Origin: Octopus vulgaris | Lineage: Eukaryota | Length of the DNA stretch: 64,000 nt | Direction: 5' to 3' | Assembly (NCBI GenBank): GCA_951406725.2 | Contig: OX597820.1 | Location: forward strand, 49,910,001-49,974,000 | Shown here: in pieces, positions 12,879 through 27,730 of the stretch | How positions within the stretch are numbered: the stretch's first letter is position 1 | Layout of the letters: each line of letters starts with the position of its first letter | Program-made: the position numbers and the translations under genes | The notes under the pieces: generated by a model | What the model was told of the DNA's origin: nothing | What the model saw: the letters and a program-made list of their open reading frames with translations, nothing else | Databases searched by the model: none

Positions 12879-13569
12879 TCTGTCATAAGATCAATCAACA
12901 ACACAAAAGATAGGATCACCACGCATTTACAATTTTTCTTGAACAACAGGGGATTTTGTGCTTTCAACGAGTTATTTCTTTTATATAGCAGTAGGGTGTT
13001 ATTTTAAATATGTCTCGGTGTTATTTAGAACATGTTACGAGATTAAGTAGGCGTCTGTATAACTTATTTCATAATAGTTGTAAATGCGTCGAGTAGTCGC
13101 AAAATATTTGCCATTTGTTGGATGATTAAGAAAGAAAGGAGAACCAATTCCTCTGGCATTTGATCGGGGCAGTCTTAAGAAAGAAACCTGTGGCAATGAT
13201 TTAAAGGCCTGGATACACGCGTCTGATATTATCATTGATTTCTGACAAAGCTTCAGATAAATCTCATCCTCAAGTCTATCTATTTATCGGATTTTGCTTC
13301 TGCGGTCAGATTTCTGTCTCAAAGTTGAAGCTTTATCTCAACGATTGCCGAATACAAACGATAGAATCAATCAAAGAAAATTCAAAGGAAACTTACGTAC
13401 TAGCCTTCAAAATGTGTTACCGTGAAATCTAAGAAATCTGTATATCAAAATTCGAAGTAAAACAATAATTTTGTTAAAATTTGCTCACTTTTAAGCAGAC
13501 TACTTGCTCACGTGTGTGTGTATATATTTATATCTACACACATACACACACACACACACTCACGCACGC

Positions 13570-13600
<31 letters not shown>

Positions 13601-14248
13601 GTCAATAATAATAAAGGGCAAAATTAATTAATTAATTAGTAATTAATAATTTTACCAAGCAGTTTTCAGTATGTAAAAGGACCATTTACGGTAAATTTAA
13701 ACATTACTTTATATAATTAGGGTTAAGCAAAAGAATTTGCTTTACCACATACCGAAATTTTAGAAATAGCAGCCAAAAAATTTAGCTATTTCTTCTACTG
13801 TAAGAAGAGTCTCCCAGAAAATGTATACTCAAAAACAATTCACGTAGGCATAGGGGGAAAAATAACGAAAGTTCACTCGAAATTAGATCACTTGTGAGCG
13901 CGTTTCTGGGTTAGACAGATATAGAGATGCTAGAAATGCACCCCTATTCTAACATTCCCGTCATCAGCACAGAGATTTCATTAAATTTAAATGTTAGAGC
14001 ACTAAAAATCGAACATACCCATCTGATTTGAGTAACCTCAGACAAACCATCTCTGATATCCAGTACTAACGAATTCAAAACATAGGAATGAGGCTCCATT
14101 CATCTGTAGGAATTTGTTGCTCTATAACTCACGTGGGTGCACAGGGGAAGATGCGGAGCCTCATTCCTATGTTTTGAATTCGTTAGTACTGGATGCCGGA
14201 GATGGTTTGTCTGAGGTTACTCAAATGAGATGGGTATGTTCGATTTTT
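13601..14248 (-). mobile_element. PLE-terminus-like insert with HHR and fold-back end
   Basis: Starts at (TA)n, carries an HHR motif at 13893-13971 (minus), and has ~100-bp inverted repeats at 14004-14105 and 14149-14248. Confidence 0.6.
13893..13971 (-). ncRNA. Hammerhead ribozyme-like motif, long helix II, degenerate cleavage site
   Basis: The minus strand reads tgtg-CTGATGA-cggg...ccca-GAAA-cgcg-ct-caca: helix I tgtg/caca and a palindromic CGCG. Confidence 0.6.
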
Positions 14249-14699
14249 TCTTACCAATGAGTTTTAATTGGTCCGTTCCACGTTCTGTGTCCTACAGGTT
14301 TAGAACGGTGCGCATATTCCAAAGGACTCTTTTCCTGGTGATAATGTAGCTGTTAAATATGCCTATGTTTAGATATTGGGTGTATCCAAGTAACCTTATG
14401 AAGAACGGTTTTGCAACCGACGAATTCAAATTCAATGTACAGCTGAAGCAGGGGAGAATCTTATCTGCGTTTGTAATCTAAAGTTATGAATGACTTAAAT
14501 ATGACAGAGAGGAAATAATATCTGACAGTTCTTAGTTGCATTTTCCAAGAGCGAAAATTGCGGATATACCTTTTGATTTTACAGATTTATCAAAAATCAA
14601 CAAAAATGCCATCTGCGTTGGTCTTAAACTTCTACCTCAGCAACAAGAAGTCACTACAAATCATGTTACAAAAAACTCGTGAAATGTCAAAATGGGAAA

Positions 14700-15540
14700 A
14701 CGCAGGAAAGCATAATAAAACCCTAGCATATACAATGAATAAGTTGTTACACAAAAGCAGCTCTTAATGGAAAAGTTGCGAACAGCTATTTCAAGACTGG
14801 AATAAGAAAAAGGATTGAATGACTTTGCAATAGAGATAATTTATTTGAGACCCGATGGAAAATATGACTTCTACAGCTGTATAATCATGACCCTGACGAA
14901 ATATAAGCTACCAAAATTCCAGGAAAAGTTCACGTGATAGCACATCTCAGCCCATTAAACTGATCAAGTTAAAGGCAGATCTCTCTTCACATCCACGTCT
15001 ACGGGTTTTTGAGCGCCGAATCCTTGAACAGAACAGTACAAACAATAAACAAACTAGTTAATTCTAAGCAATCGACTTCCGTCCAGGCCACAATCCATGT
15101 ATGCAACCGTCCAAACGGCAAACCAGGAAGTGATAGCTCTTACAATTTGAGTATGCAGACGGTTCGTATGCTACTGCACAACATACACATATCTGAGTAT
15201 TGGAGGAAACGCTAACAGCATTCTTCGAAGAACTTCAGTCATATTATGAAGAAAACTACCTCATTCTAAATGTAAGACCTAAGTGTATGTTTTACATAAA
15301 AACTGCAAAGCGAAGCGCCAACTCGAAATAATCTGATTTAGAACAGCTCTTCAGTATTGTGAATATTCGGAGTGCTAAGGTGTCACCATTGATCCTAGTC
15401 TCAGTTTCAAGATACGCCATAGACAAAGACAAATTATATGCTCACAACATCACCAAACTCAATATCAGAGTGGGAAATTATTATAACTCACTGCTTACTC
15501 TAAAATTGATCACATTAGCTTGGTACGGAAAAGATTGGCA
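14700..15540 (+). pseudogene. Decayed non-LTR retrotransposon RT (Vingi/Ingi-like)
   Basis: Fragmentary translations ..VFERRIL..FRPG.. and LEETLTAFFEELQSYYEENYL..KNCKAKRQLEII..DPSLSFK resemble Vingi RT/thumb regions. Multiple frameshifts and stops. Confidence 0.55.
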
Positions 15541-16330
15541 ATTTTTTTATTCGTTTGTTATTCTAATGATTTCAGTCATGAGACTTAATTTATTTTCTTT
15601 CAGTTTTAATATCGCTTTATAACCGGTAGTTAGTTTGTGATTGAATGTGTAGCAGCTGATCTTCATTGAGGGTATCCTCTAATGGTTGACTGGTTTGGTA
15701 TCGTTGTTAGGAGTTTATCCAGCGATTTTGAACGTTTTAGTCGAGGTCGCTTTTATATTTCTGATTTCTTTACGATGGCAGTTGAACAATTGAGAACTTC
15801 TAAATATCAAACTGGTACAATACAGTTTTTTGTGTTCGTGTTTTTTTTCGTGATTTCGGACGTGGTATATTTGGAAGCTGATTGTATCTACCATACGCCA
15901 TGTCAGTGTGTGGCAATCAAGAAATTAAGGTTCTGCGTTCGTTTTTAACACATCTCTTTCATTCTAAAGTCCTAGCTTCTATTATCGGTATTATACCTTG
16001 CATCTAAGTAATTCTTCGAACAAATGAAGATTGAATATCTTTCCATTCACGCAAAAAGAATATGAAGAATGGACAGAAGCATCATTAAAACAATAATATG
16101 TATACAAATATATACTGATATCCGTACATAACTGTAAAAATAAATATTTATATATCATAAACACTAAAGATTTTATGGGAAAAAAAAAGCAAAGGCGCAA
16201 AAATACAAATATGCAGACAGCTATTCATCTATCCATATGTATATACATACGTACATATTTTCATATAAACATACTCATATACATATGTGGATGCAGTGCT
16301 TGCATACATACACACACACACACATATATG

Positions 16331-16368
<38 letters not shown>

Positions 16369-17848
16369 TATGTAAAGGCATACATTTACACCCAAATATA
16401 CGTGTGTGAGAGAGAGCATATGTGTGTGTGTGCATGTGTTTGTGTGTGTGCATGTGTTTGTGTGTGTATACATATATACTTATATGTATACACAGAGAGA
16501 AAGAGACACACACAAACACACATGCACACACGTACGCACGCTCACACATATAGATACAGAGAAAAATAGATAAATAAATATGCAAATATAGAGTATATAA
16601 ATATATATATATATGTAACCATATATATATATGTATATATGTTGTGCGTGTGTGTGTGTGTGTGTGTGTATCTATATCGATGTATCTATGTATGCATACG
16701 GAAGTGTAGAAGATTGTATATCTTTTATGTAGATATTTGTTATGTGTCTATGTATGTGTGAGTGTGTTTGCGCGTGCGTGTGTGTGTGCGTGTTGAGTAT
16801 GCGTGCGTGTGTATGCGTGTTTCTGCGTCTATTCTTAGATGCATAAAACAACACAAATTAACTGAACGAAAAACCCAGTGCAAGATTTAGTATCAAGTAT
16901 TTATTATATGAAAAAGATGACAGCTACTTCGAAGTTTCATGAAAAAATATAAACCTGACGTTTCAGTGTAAAAAGCGGTTTAGATGTCATTTTGATGTTA
17001 GTGTCAATAAGGTACACACACACACACAAAAGCGCGCGCGCACACACACAAACACAAACACACGCACATACTCACACACTCACACACTCACACACACACA
17101 CGCACGCATGCACAGTCACACATACTCACACACATACACGCGTGCGTACACAGACTGATTGTGGATCTCTGTCGTTCGACGATGAAGATTCATTTGTTCG
17201 ATGAACAAGATTAGCTGCTTCTGAATTAACGCGTGAAAAACTGTCATATCTCAAACAATTGCTCCTAACGCAATTCTCTTGCAGGATCGCAAAATGCGTG
17301 ACAAAGTTGTACGTTTTGAATTACAAGAACAGTCTATTCGCCGAGACATTATACAGTTTCCCTCAACCCAATTTTACTCATAATTTTACTCCCCTGAAGC
17401 TAATTGAAAATCATGTTTACTGGATATGCCGTACCATTTGGCCAATCTGAGCCCCGACATATATACATAAATTCGGGGGGTGGGGAGAAAAACCGAAGGT
17501 TTTTTTTTCACATGGTTAACGAAACTGGTGAGCGTATCTAAAACACTAAAGCCAATTATTTAGAGTCGATAAATCATACAGTCTACTACATTTACTGAGC
17601 AATCCTGTCATTGCTTTGACTTCGGAGTCAAAGTATGACTGGGTACGTGTATTTCTGTGTGGTAGTACAATCGTTAAAAGTACAGATACTTGCTGTGTGT
17701 AGTGGAAAAATCCAAAGTTTTATTTCTTTGCACCTTAGTAGAAAATCTGAAAGGACATAAATAAATGACAGACAGCAGAGCTTTACATTCTTTAAGTTGA
17801 AAATATACTCTGCTGTCTCTTATTCATTTCTCTCTTTTTATCTTTTCC

Positions 17849-17876
17849 TTGAAGAAGAACTCGGCCCGAAACGTTG
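17849..17876 (+). ncRNA. Minimal hammerhead-like motif (degenerate)
   Basis: TTGAAGA-agaactcggccc-GAAA-cgttg has the same architecture and AACGTT palindrome as 2067-2102, but helix I support is poor. Confidence 0.35.
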
Positions 17877-18972
17877 ATTTCTCCAATCCTCAAGGTAACA
17901 TCACTGTACTCTTTTTATCGATGATACTACACATGTCTTGCTGATGCAGACCAACACCAGCCGCTTTAGAACCTGTTTGATGATATATGTGTGTGTGCGT
18001 GCGTAAGTGTGTATGCATGTATCTGTATTTGCGTTTGCAAGTATGCATCTGTCTATGACAGATTCAATACTACGGATAGAGGCATACACTCACACACATA
18101 TACTTATTTACCAAACCTGGTATAATACGTATGACACGGACATAAATACGCATTCAGAAATACACATACACATACAACAGCAAACATTTCGATGTTCTCG
18201 CAGAAGATGGCATTATCAAATTTACCATATATTTATACACAGTCATATGCATGCAGAAATATACACACATTCGCAACAGTCTCACATGGAAATTGAAGCA
18301 AGAATATGCAATACACACGCGTACACTCACACACATTCGCACACACATGCACGCACACATGTACATTCATATCCATAAAAATGATACAAGCTCGCACGTA
18401 TAAATACACTTATAGAAACTGTTACACGCATATACGTACGATAATTTTCTGCTCTTATGCAAGACGAAACAATTGACCATTGCAAACATAGACAGTCTGA
18501 TATTGTCTGCAATAATATTAAAAGTAATTCGATAGCTAAATAGTTCCATTATTAATGTTCCATAGCAGACCTCTATCATAATTATCTTGTCGTTTCCCTG
18601 AATTTTAACTATATTGAAATATCAGCAAAGAGGCTGTGAGACAGAAAGCGATGTAGTGGAATAGTGAAATAAAGACTAATGTTATATATCTGAATGTATA
18701 TATGTGTGTTTGTGTGTGTGTGTGTGTGTCTGTGTGTGTGCAAATATGTACTTATGTGTGTGTATATATATAGAGAGAAGTAGATAGATACCTCTATGCA
18801 TAATTATACATATACATATTCATACATACAAACATATATATAGAGAGTGTACTATATGCATATTGTATGCATGTATATGTACATATATATATGAATATAT
18901 ACACAATGCTACATCATACATTCGCGCACACATACACATTGACACACAGAACTATATATATGCGTGTTCGTA

Positions 18973-19004
<32 letters not shown>

Positions 19005-19021
19005 CTTACATTCAATTATCT

Positions 19022-19076
<55 letters not shown>

Positions 19077-19989
19077 CGTGTATGTATTTAAGAGTGTGTG
19101 TAAGTCCATCTGTGTCTATATGCGTGTATGTCCTATTGTATTCTACTTAATGCTTGTGGTGAAGTTGTATTTACGAGTCAGTTATCGCTGCCATTTTAAC
19201 TGTGAATGATATCGTTGTTAATATTGCTGGTACTATTGTTCTTCCCATCGTGGTTGTTACCGTTGTCGCGTTTAATTGCAATTATCTCTTGGGGTATTTA
19301 TTTGCTATTTGCGGGATAGTTAAAATTTATTATTATTTCTCTTTTATCAATACCTTTATTGATTCCTCTTCTCTTTCTGTTCTCTCTTTCTCTCTTCATT
19401 TCATCACTCCCTGTTTTCTCTCTTTTTCATCACTCCTTGTTTTTCTCTTTTTCATCTATCTATACATATACATATGTATATATGTAGGTATATGTATATG
19501 TAAATGCATAGACGTATGTGTGTTTGTATGCTATGCTGGGTTCTTTATTTTTCGCCTTATTACTTTATTCGTATTGAATTATCTATAATCACAGATGTCA
19601 GTTTGAACAACGTGCAGTAACTCTGTTTCTATGGATAGAAGATCTTTGCTAACAGACCAATGTACAAAACTCGATAAGCTCCACTTTCCCTATAATGTAA
19701 ATTTGTTTCGATGTGCCTGTGTATGTATGTATATATGTATGCATGCTTCTATGTACACATACATATACATACATACATACCTACATACATATTTAGATTC
19801 ATACATACATATATACCTCATAGATACATAGATACATACATACATATGTATATATATGTATATATATATGTGTGTGTGTGCATGTGTGTGTGTTTGTGTG
19901 TATACACACTAAATCCCTGCAATACTTAATTAAGTTTGACTTTCCTATTTTAACGCTTTATCCTTGTTAACTATCAATTTTGTTCACTT

Positions 19990-20355
19990 TACAGAATTAC
20001 TCACATATCTGGGAATGTATTGTTGATATTCATTCTGGACGGCATCCAACAATGGCCACCCAACAGCTAGATACACACTCACTTTCCCACACATTGCAGC
20101 CACTAACACGCATGACCTTTTCATTCCTTTTCGGCTCTCACTATAACTGTTACTTTTCATCCGAAGTAGAAAGGTTTTACAATCTTAACACAAACCTAGC
20201 GTATACACCTACCTCATGCTGCACTACTTCGTGTCTCCCTCACAAATCACGCTTTAAACATTCAGTTGAATTCTTTTTCGCTTTCAGAATTTCAATCTTC
20301 TGGAGCTACGTTTTCTGTTCTCTTTAAGCACCAAACTGAAAGCATTTAATCTGGA
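19990..20355 (+). pseudogene. 3' remnant of a Jockey/CR1-group LINE ORF2
   Basis: FSFLFGSHYNCYFSSE...LPHKSRFKHSVEFFFAFRISIFWSYVF resembles the FY.Y..G.CSSEL ... FF.RT...WN.LP C-terminal motif. Confidence 0.45.
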
Positions 20356-21770
20356 CAGAAAGCACATATATCTCCTTAGATACGTATTTCTTGCATCATT
20401 GTTAACATTCTTTTTCTCTTCAAGCAAAGTGGAATCAAAATTACATGATAAAGTATCCTGTCCACACTCTGTAGCGATCGATTTTTATTTAGTGTGCTGA
20501 GTAATTATATAGACATCATATGACGTAAATTGCAGTTGATTAGATTAAAAAATATATGAAACGAATTTTTTTCAACCTCCAGAAAGCAATGTCAACTCAA
20601 CTAACTTATACCATTACAGAATCTGAGAAATTTTATGCTGTAAGAAATGTAGTGCGCAATATGTGGAAAATTTTCTAGAAGGTAGCCTGAAAGTGTAGTT
20701 CCCCTGTGATTGGTTGCTATTTTGATATCGTCATTCATAAAATGTGCATGGATGCCACTCCTGAAAATATTAATAGAAGGAATACATGTAGTATTGCCCT
20801 TCCACGCTTCCCTCTTTCATTTCAACGTGACGTCGGTTACATGAGAATTATGCCGTATATCGAACGATTTGAGAAATTTACCGACCCAGCAAAGTGAATT
20901 GCTTTTACTCAGAATTTCATCTTCTGAAAGGCGATGATTATACTGTAAAGAATACTTCCATTCAACACACAGATCGCTGGCTACGCTCCTTCCCAAATTG
21001 CTGACAATTTTCTCCTGGTATTTGTGGTTCTTCTTACAGTACTCGACAAAGAAAATCGCTACGTTTGCTGCATCTAGCTCAACATTGTAGATGGCACAAA
21101 CAGCAACAATACATGCTCGCACTATGTTAAAATTTCTAACAACTAGTATTAAAATCTACATGACTTTTAGCATATAGTTCAAGACTAGTTAAAGGCAGAG
21201 TGGTGGTGGTGGTGATTTGAGCTTTGGCTGATAATTACCTTTGCGATACAGTGTCGACAGATGCTGGATCCAAGTAGGTACGAAATAGTATGAGGTCAAT
21301 TGGGGTGTGCAAGAATATGAAAATTCAGATGATCTCTGATGAGTGTGTAGAAAAAAAAAATCTTGGAGCCTTAAATCGATAACTCTGGTAGTTTAGCGCA
21401 AATTTAGTGTTTCTGTATGTAGTGAAGTAAAATCCAGTTTCGTAGGGTTTCTTTTCTGAGGAGCTGGAAAGACAGCCGAAACGAAAAACTGATGACAACA
21501 AAGGTGGGAACATAAAAGGCATTTTCTAGAACACTACTTATTTCACCAATTGTGTCGAAGTAAGATTATTATTGTTTGTACTCGCAGAACGCGTGTTGTT
21601 ACTGCTCGAAAGTTTAGCTCTTCATTTGTGCCTCCAAAAATAAAGTACTAATTGTTTAGTTTGGTTACAAAAACGTTTGTTGAAACCGCACTTATTGCAC
21701 AGGTGGTTTGTTTCTTGGTGCTCTTTTGCAGGCTCAAATTCGAAAAGAAAATTATTATTATTATTATTAT

Positions 21771-22745
21771 AAGTGTCGTCAGGCGCTCACAGCCCTCTAC
21801 TAGTCGGGCAACGGGATCGGTAAATGTTCCGCTTTAGACATTAATAGGGGAAGTGTGATGACATTCTTGTGGAGACTCTGGGCAGTGACATAAACAAACT
21901 AGCCAGTCTGTTCTGGAGGACTTTCTGAACTATCATGGAGAATTTCCAGCTGTCCTTGTCGTGGCAGTGCTTCTGGGGGCCGCTACCGGTTCGAGATAAA
22001 CTCTACAGGCACTCATATGCTGTCAGATGGGCTTGTCCTAGGTGCGCGCAAGGTGACGAAACCGTTCTGCACACCCTCGTTCAGTTCCCGAGCATTGCTG
22101 ATTTGTGGGGTTATATCGAACAGCTGCTGTCGCGTGAGGGGCAGATCCGTCTGTCGGCCGATTCAATAGTGATAGTTACCCTGCCACCCTCCTTTAGTCG
22201 AACTGGTGAGATAGTTTTTCTTTGCCTGATGGCTGTGGCGAAAGAGATTGTGTGGTGGACGAGGCTGAAATGTATGAGGACAGATACTTTCCTCTTTGGT
22301 AGAGGTTTCACTGATTTCCTCGAGTCTCACTTGAAAAGGAAATTGAGGCTGGAGAGGGAAGTGCTGCCTTCGAGTAAGTTTATTGAAAGTTTCGAAAATG
22401 GCAAGAGTGGATGGTACCTCTCTAAGTGTGGAGTTGTGAATCGGAGAAAGGCAATTGGAAGGGCTACTTGTTTTTTATATTCAGAAAGATCTCAGACAGC
22501 GTAATTCTTCGATGATCCCTAGAGATCATCCTGTATCAGGAGGGGTATATCTCTATCATTTCCTAGCTTTTTTAATTTTTAACTTTGTATATTATGTATA
22601 TTTCCCTTCTTTTTCTTTGTATACCGTGTATGCTTACCATTAAAAACAATATTTTATAATTTCATTATATGTAAATCCCCACATATATATCTGTCTTTGA
22701 ATTGTTCCCTTCATACATCTTGGTGGTAAATAAATGAAATCATCA
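21771..22745 (+). mobile_element. 5'-truncated L1/Tx1-like LINE 3' end (zf-RVT region + 3' UTR)
   Basis: ORF 21935-22504 contains LPVRDKLYRH..ACPRC..GDETVLH (decayed CCHC, zf-RVT-like) and IVWWTR. It ends near aaataaa and is flanked by (ATT)n on both sides. Confidence 0.75.
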
Positions 22746-22760
22746 TTATTAATATTATTA

Positions 22761-22965
22761 GGGTAGCGAGCTAGAAGAATTGTTAGGGCACCAGGCAAAA
22801 TGCTTAGCGGAAGTTCTTCCGTTTTTTTTAATGTTCCCACTTCAAATTCTAACGAGGTCGACTTCGCCTTTTATCCCTTTATGTGGGTACTTGACAAATA
22901 CTAGGGTTGATGTAATCCACTAGACAACATCCCCTAAAATTGCAGGCCTCGTTCCAAGATTTCAA
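22761..22965 (+). mobile_element. SINE family A, diverged
   Basis: gcgagctagaagaattgttagggcaccaggcaaaatgcttagcgg..gaggtcgacttcgccttttatcc. Confidence 0.7.
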
Positions 22966-23016
22966 GCAATTATAATTATCGGTCGCCTTTACTGATGATG
23001 ACGAAGTTGGTTTCAT

Positions 23017-23048
<32 letters not shown>

Positions 23049-23072
23049 TCGCCACCACCACCACCACTACTT

Positions 23073-23130
<58 letters not shown>

Positions 23131-23818
23131 GATGCTGAAAATGATTATGATGATGATGATGATCATCATCATCATCATCATCATCATTATTATTATCATT
23201 AATAGTATTAGTATTATTGATTATACTAGACATAATTATAGCGAGGAATGTCAGAAAATTATTATTATTTCCAGTGAAACAAACCTCACCTTCGTTTCCT
23301 GTATATCATCCCAATCACATGACAACATCAATCTACAAGTCTGAAGCATAATGCATAATTAATGAAAGGAAGACGTAATATAAATAGATAAAAAGAAAGA
23401 CGGAAATATTAAAGAGTGGGAGTTAGTGTTTAAAGTAGAAGAAGAGGAACTACAGTACAATGGAGGCAGCAAGCAAACAGCCGCAGAGATATAAGTTATA
23501 GAAATGCACCGAATTACCAGAAGAGTGATACATTTCTTCCGTTTGAACGGAATAGGAAGTAGATGTTATGGTGCATGACGGGAAGTTCCTGTTTCCTTGT
23601 TCTTGACACTAGACGGTTGAATTCTTAGCATTTCTTGCACATAATACTCTCATATAAATCTATCTCTTACGCACGCCCGCCTCTCCTCTTTCTCTTGCTC
23701 TGTGGCACTCACAATGACTCTGTTCATATAAAGTTTCCGTAGCCCTTTCAGACTCTTGCCCTTTCCCACTCAGTATGTCATCCATTCATTCCTTCATTCA
23801 TTCGTTCATTCTTTCATC

Positions 23819-23857
<39 letters not shown>

Positions 23858-24017
23858 TTCATTTTCTTCCATACTCTCATTCTCGTATAAAATGAGTTTA
23901 CTAGCTTCTGCTTGAAATTGAACTCTCAACTATTCCTGATAAAGTTCGGGCATTGGTGTCATTGACTTTATAATTTCTTATAAGTAATTTGCATGGTACG
24001 TTCAGTTCCTTCTACTC

Positions 24018-24051
<34 letters not shown>

Positions 24052-24057
24052 TATACG

Positions 24058-24170
24058 TTTCAGTGGAAGAGCGTAGGCTTGAAACGTTAAAGACTTTTTC
24101 ACTTCCTGAGCGTTAAACTAATACATCTGTTTGTCTACACCACCTGTTTTGGTCTTTTGTTTTCTTTGCT

Positions 24171-24172
<2 letters not shown>
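24058..24172 (+). mobile_element. Solo 3'-terminal fragment of the PLE at 1969-4729 (with HHR remnant)
   Basis: gaagagcgtaggcttgaaacgttaaagac..ttcctgagcg..actaataca..ccacctg..gtcttttgttt aligns with the reverse complement of 1975-2097. It lies between (CA)n and (CT)n. Confidence 0.8.
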
Positions 24173-24219
<47 letters not shown>

Positions 24220-24234
24220 TCTCTATATATATAC

Positions 24235-24738
<504 letters not shown>

Positions 24739-25233
24739 GAAACTTACCTGGAAATGGGTGCGTGGCATTCAATCATATAATAATATAAATATGAAAACAT
24801 GAAATATGAATTGTTTTTACGAACAACGAAAGAAACAAATGGAAAACAAGACAAGCAACAAAAAGAACAACTCTTCATGAGTTATCGGCTGTTTTTCTAC
24901 TCTGTATTTCGAGCAATTCACGACAAGATACGCTTTCGACAAAACTGTTGCTCCCGCAAAACAAATTAAATAAAATTTGGGATTTTGCGGGTTCGGAAAA
25001 CAAGTTTGTATTCAATGTTTTCGTATTTCGTATTTCATGCTGTTTTTGTACTTCATGTTATGTTCTATGACTTCCTGCACCCAAATATGCATATGTATAT
25101 ACATATATACGTCTATACATATGCATATATGGGTGCAGGACGTCATAGAACATAAACAACATGAAATACATATATATATATGTATATATGTAAGTATATA
25201 TGCATATATATATATTATTTATATTATTATTAT

Positions 25234-25272
<39 letters not shown>

Positions 25273-25444
25273 CATATATACACGTATACATAATTGTATA
25301 TGTATACATGTGCATCTGTGTATACATTTGTGAGTGAGTGTCTATGTGTATACATATATATATATATATATATACAGGTATACACACACGCACCACACGC
25401 ACAAACACACACACACGCACGCACCATATGCACACACACATGTA

Positions 25445-26710
25445 TTGGGTCATCCCATTATATAATGCGGTTTTTTTCAATTGCCTGAACTAAAATTCGG
25501 AGAGGGGGGCGAAATAAACTACCTACATTAACTTGTTATAAATGCAGGTAGTAATTTTAACTTGAACTTATTCTCAGTGCAAGTTTTGAATAATGCATTC
25601 CAATTTTAATAGTTATTATTTCAAAGCTGTAATGGAAGTGAGAAAGGAACATATTCGCTATATTTTAGTTTATGAGTTCAAAGAATGCAACAACGCAACG
25701 GAAAGTGCGAGGAATATTAATGGGAATCGGACAATAAGTGTAAGCCAGTGCCAACGCTGGTTCTAGAAATTCCGAACCGGAAACAACAGCCTAGAAGACG
25801 AGCCTCATCCTAAAGACCTGTAGAACTCGACAAGGACGTCCTGCAAACCCTGGTGGAACGAAATCCCATCGTAGCTGTTGAGAAAGTAGCAGAGATGCTA
25901 GGATTTGATCATTCAGTCATTCATCGACATCTGTGTGCCATCGGAAAAATCAGAAAATTGGGTCAATGGTTTCCTCACAAACTTTCCGAGCCTAATCGCC
26001 CGCAGAGAGTGTATGTGTGCTCTTCTTTGCTGTCACATTTCACGAATGAATCATCTTTGGACTGAATAGTGGCTGGTGACGAGAAATTGGTTGTCTATAA
26101 AAATGTCAAGCGCCGAAGACAGTGGGTAGGAAAGAAGTCCTACCAAAGAAGGTCTTCACCCACGTAAGGAGTTGTTATTGGTTTGTACACGTTTAGCACA
26201 CTTTGAACTTTTAAACCCAAGCCAAACGATAAGAAAAGAGATCTGCTGCGAGCACCTTTAGCGGCTTAAGTCAGTTCTTGAATAGAAACGACCATATTTG
26301 GTTTCAAGATGAAAGGTATTCTACCAACAGGATAAGGCTCGGCCACATACAGCGAGGATGACATTCTAAAAGCTGAAGCAGTTTCAATGAGAAACGATAA
26401 TCCACGCATTATATTCGCTGGATATTGCTCCATCTGATTACCCTTTATTCCATAGTCTTCAAAATTATTTGGACGGTAAAAATATGAATTCTGTAGACTT
26501 TGTCAATATAGTACTGGAGGTGTACTATTCGTCATGGACAAGTAAACTTTGGAAGAGGGGTTTTGCAAATCTACTAGATAGATGGAAGAGATATGTGGAA
26601 AATGAAGAAAGGTATATTTTAGATTAAAAAAGAACTTTGTTTATCTTAACTTTCAAACTTTCAAAAATAAAAGAAGTGTAAAAAACCTCATTATTTATGG
26701 GATAAACCAA
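25445..26710 (+). mobile_element. Full-length decayed mariner transposon (~1.27 kb)
   Basis: TA on both flanks; TIRs ttgggtcatcccattatataatgcggttttt / aaaaacctcattatttatgggataaaccaa. Confidence 0.92.
25632..26627 (+). pseudogene. mariner DD34D transposase pseudogene
   Basis: MEVRKEHIRYILVYEF..; GQWFPHKLS (WVPHEL-like); AGDEK; QDKARPH; YSLDIAPSDY (YSPDLAPSD-like). Contains stops and frameshifts. Confidence 0.9.
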
Positions 26711-26923
26711 TATATATATATATATATATATAATTTAAAATTAGTAAAATTAATAGAAATTATCAAGTAGTTTGTGTGAAAAACCTCATAAGGGAAAAAT
26801 TATTAATTATTCCCTTTAAATATATTTATTTATATTAAGGGCATTGCTATACATGTGTTTATTATGGTAGTTTTAATTTTAAGAGTCCCTCCTAGCGTGA
26901 AGCATTTATGTATAGTAATGCCC

Positions 26924-26986
<63 letters not shown>

Positions 26987-26988
<2 letters not shown>

Positions 26989-27730
26989 ATAAAACGGTAA
27001 GATAACAAAAGAAAGAAAGAGACCTCAATATTATGTAAATAGAGGAAATTTATCTATACAATATGTTACATTACTCGGTAGTCAAGATAACACTCTGAGT
27101 TTCAGATGCCGAAGTGGAAATCCACAACACCATCTCTTCGGTTATTTGGCTATTTGAAAACGTTATGAAAAAATACCGTTAAATAAAGGGAAATTACTCT
27201 GTTATAACTCTGCTTGCCTGCGTACTTATACATCGCTCGCATTTTTCGTCATAAAAATTATGTAAAAATTATATAAAAATACATAAAAAATATATAAAAA
27301 AATATAAATTCTTCTTGGGACATAACATAGAAAGCATGTTCTATCTGTTTTCTTTAGGGGACCAAAAACGTAACAGAAATGTGACTAAATTTCTGTTACG
27401 TTTTTGGTCACCTAAAGAAAACAGATAGAACATGCTTTCTATGTTATGTCCCAAGAAGAATTTATATATTTTTATATATTTTTTATATATATTTTTTTAT
27501 ATATTTTTATGTATTTTTATATAATTTTTACATAATTTTTATGACGAAAAATGCGAGCGATGTATAAGTACGCAGGCAAGCAGAGTTATAACAGAGTAAT
27601 TTCCCTTTATTTAACGGTATTTATTCATAACGTTTTCAAATAGCCAAATAACCGAAGAGATGGTGTTGTGGATTTCCACTTCGGCATCTGAAACTCAGAG
27701 TTTTATCTTGACTACCGAGTAATGTAATAT

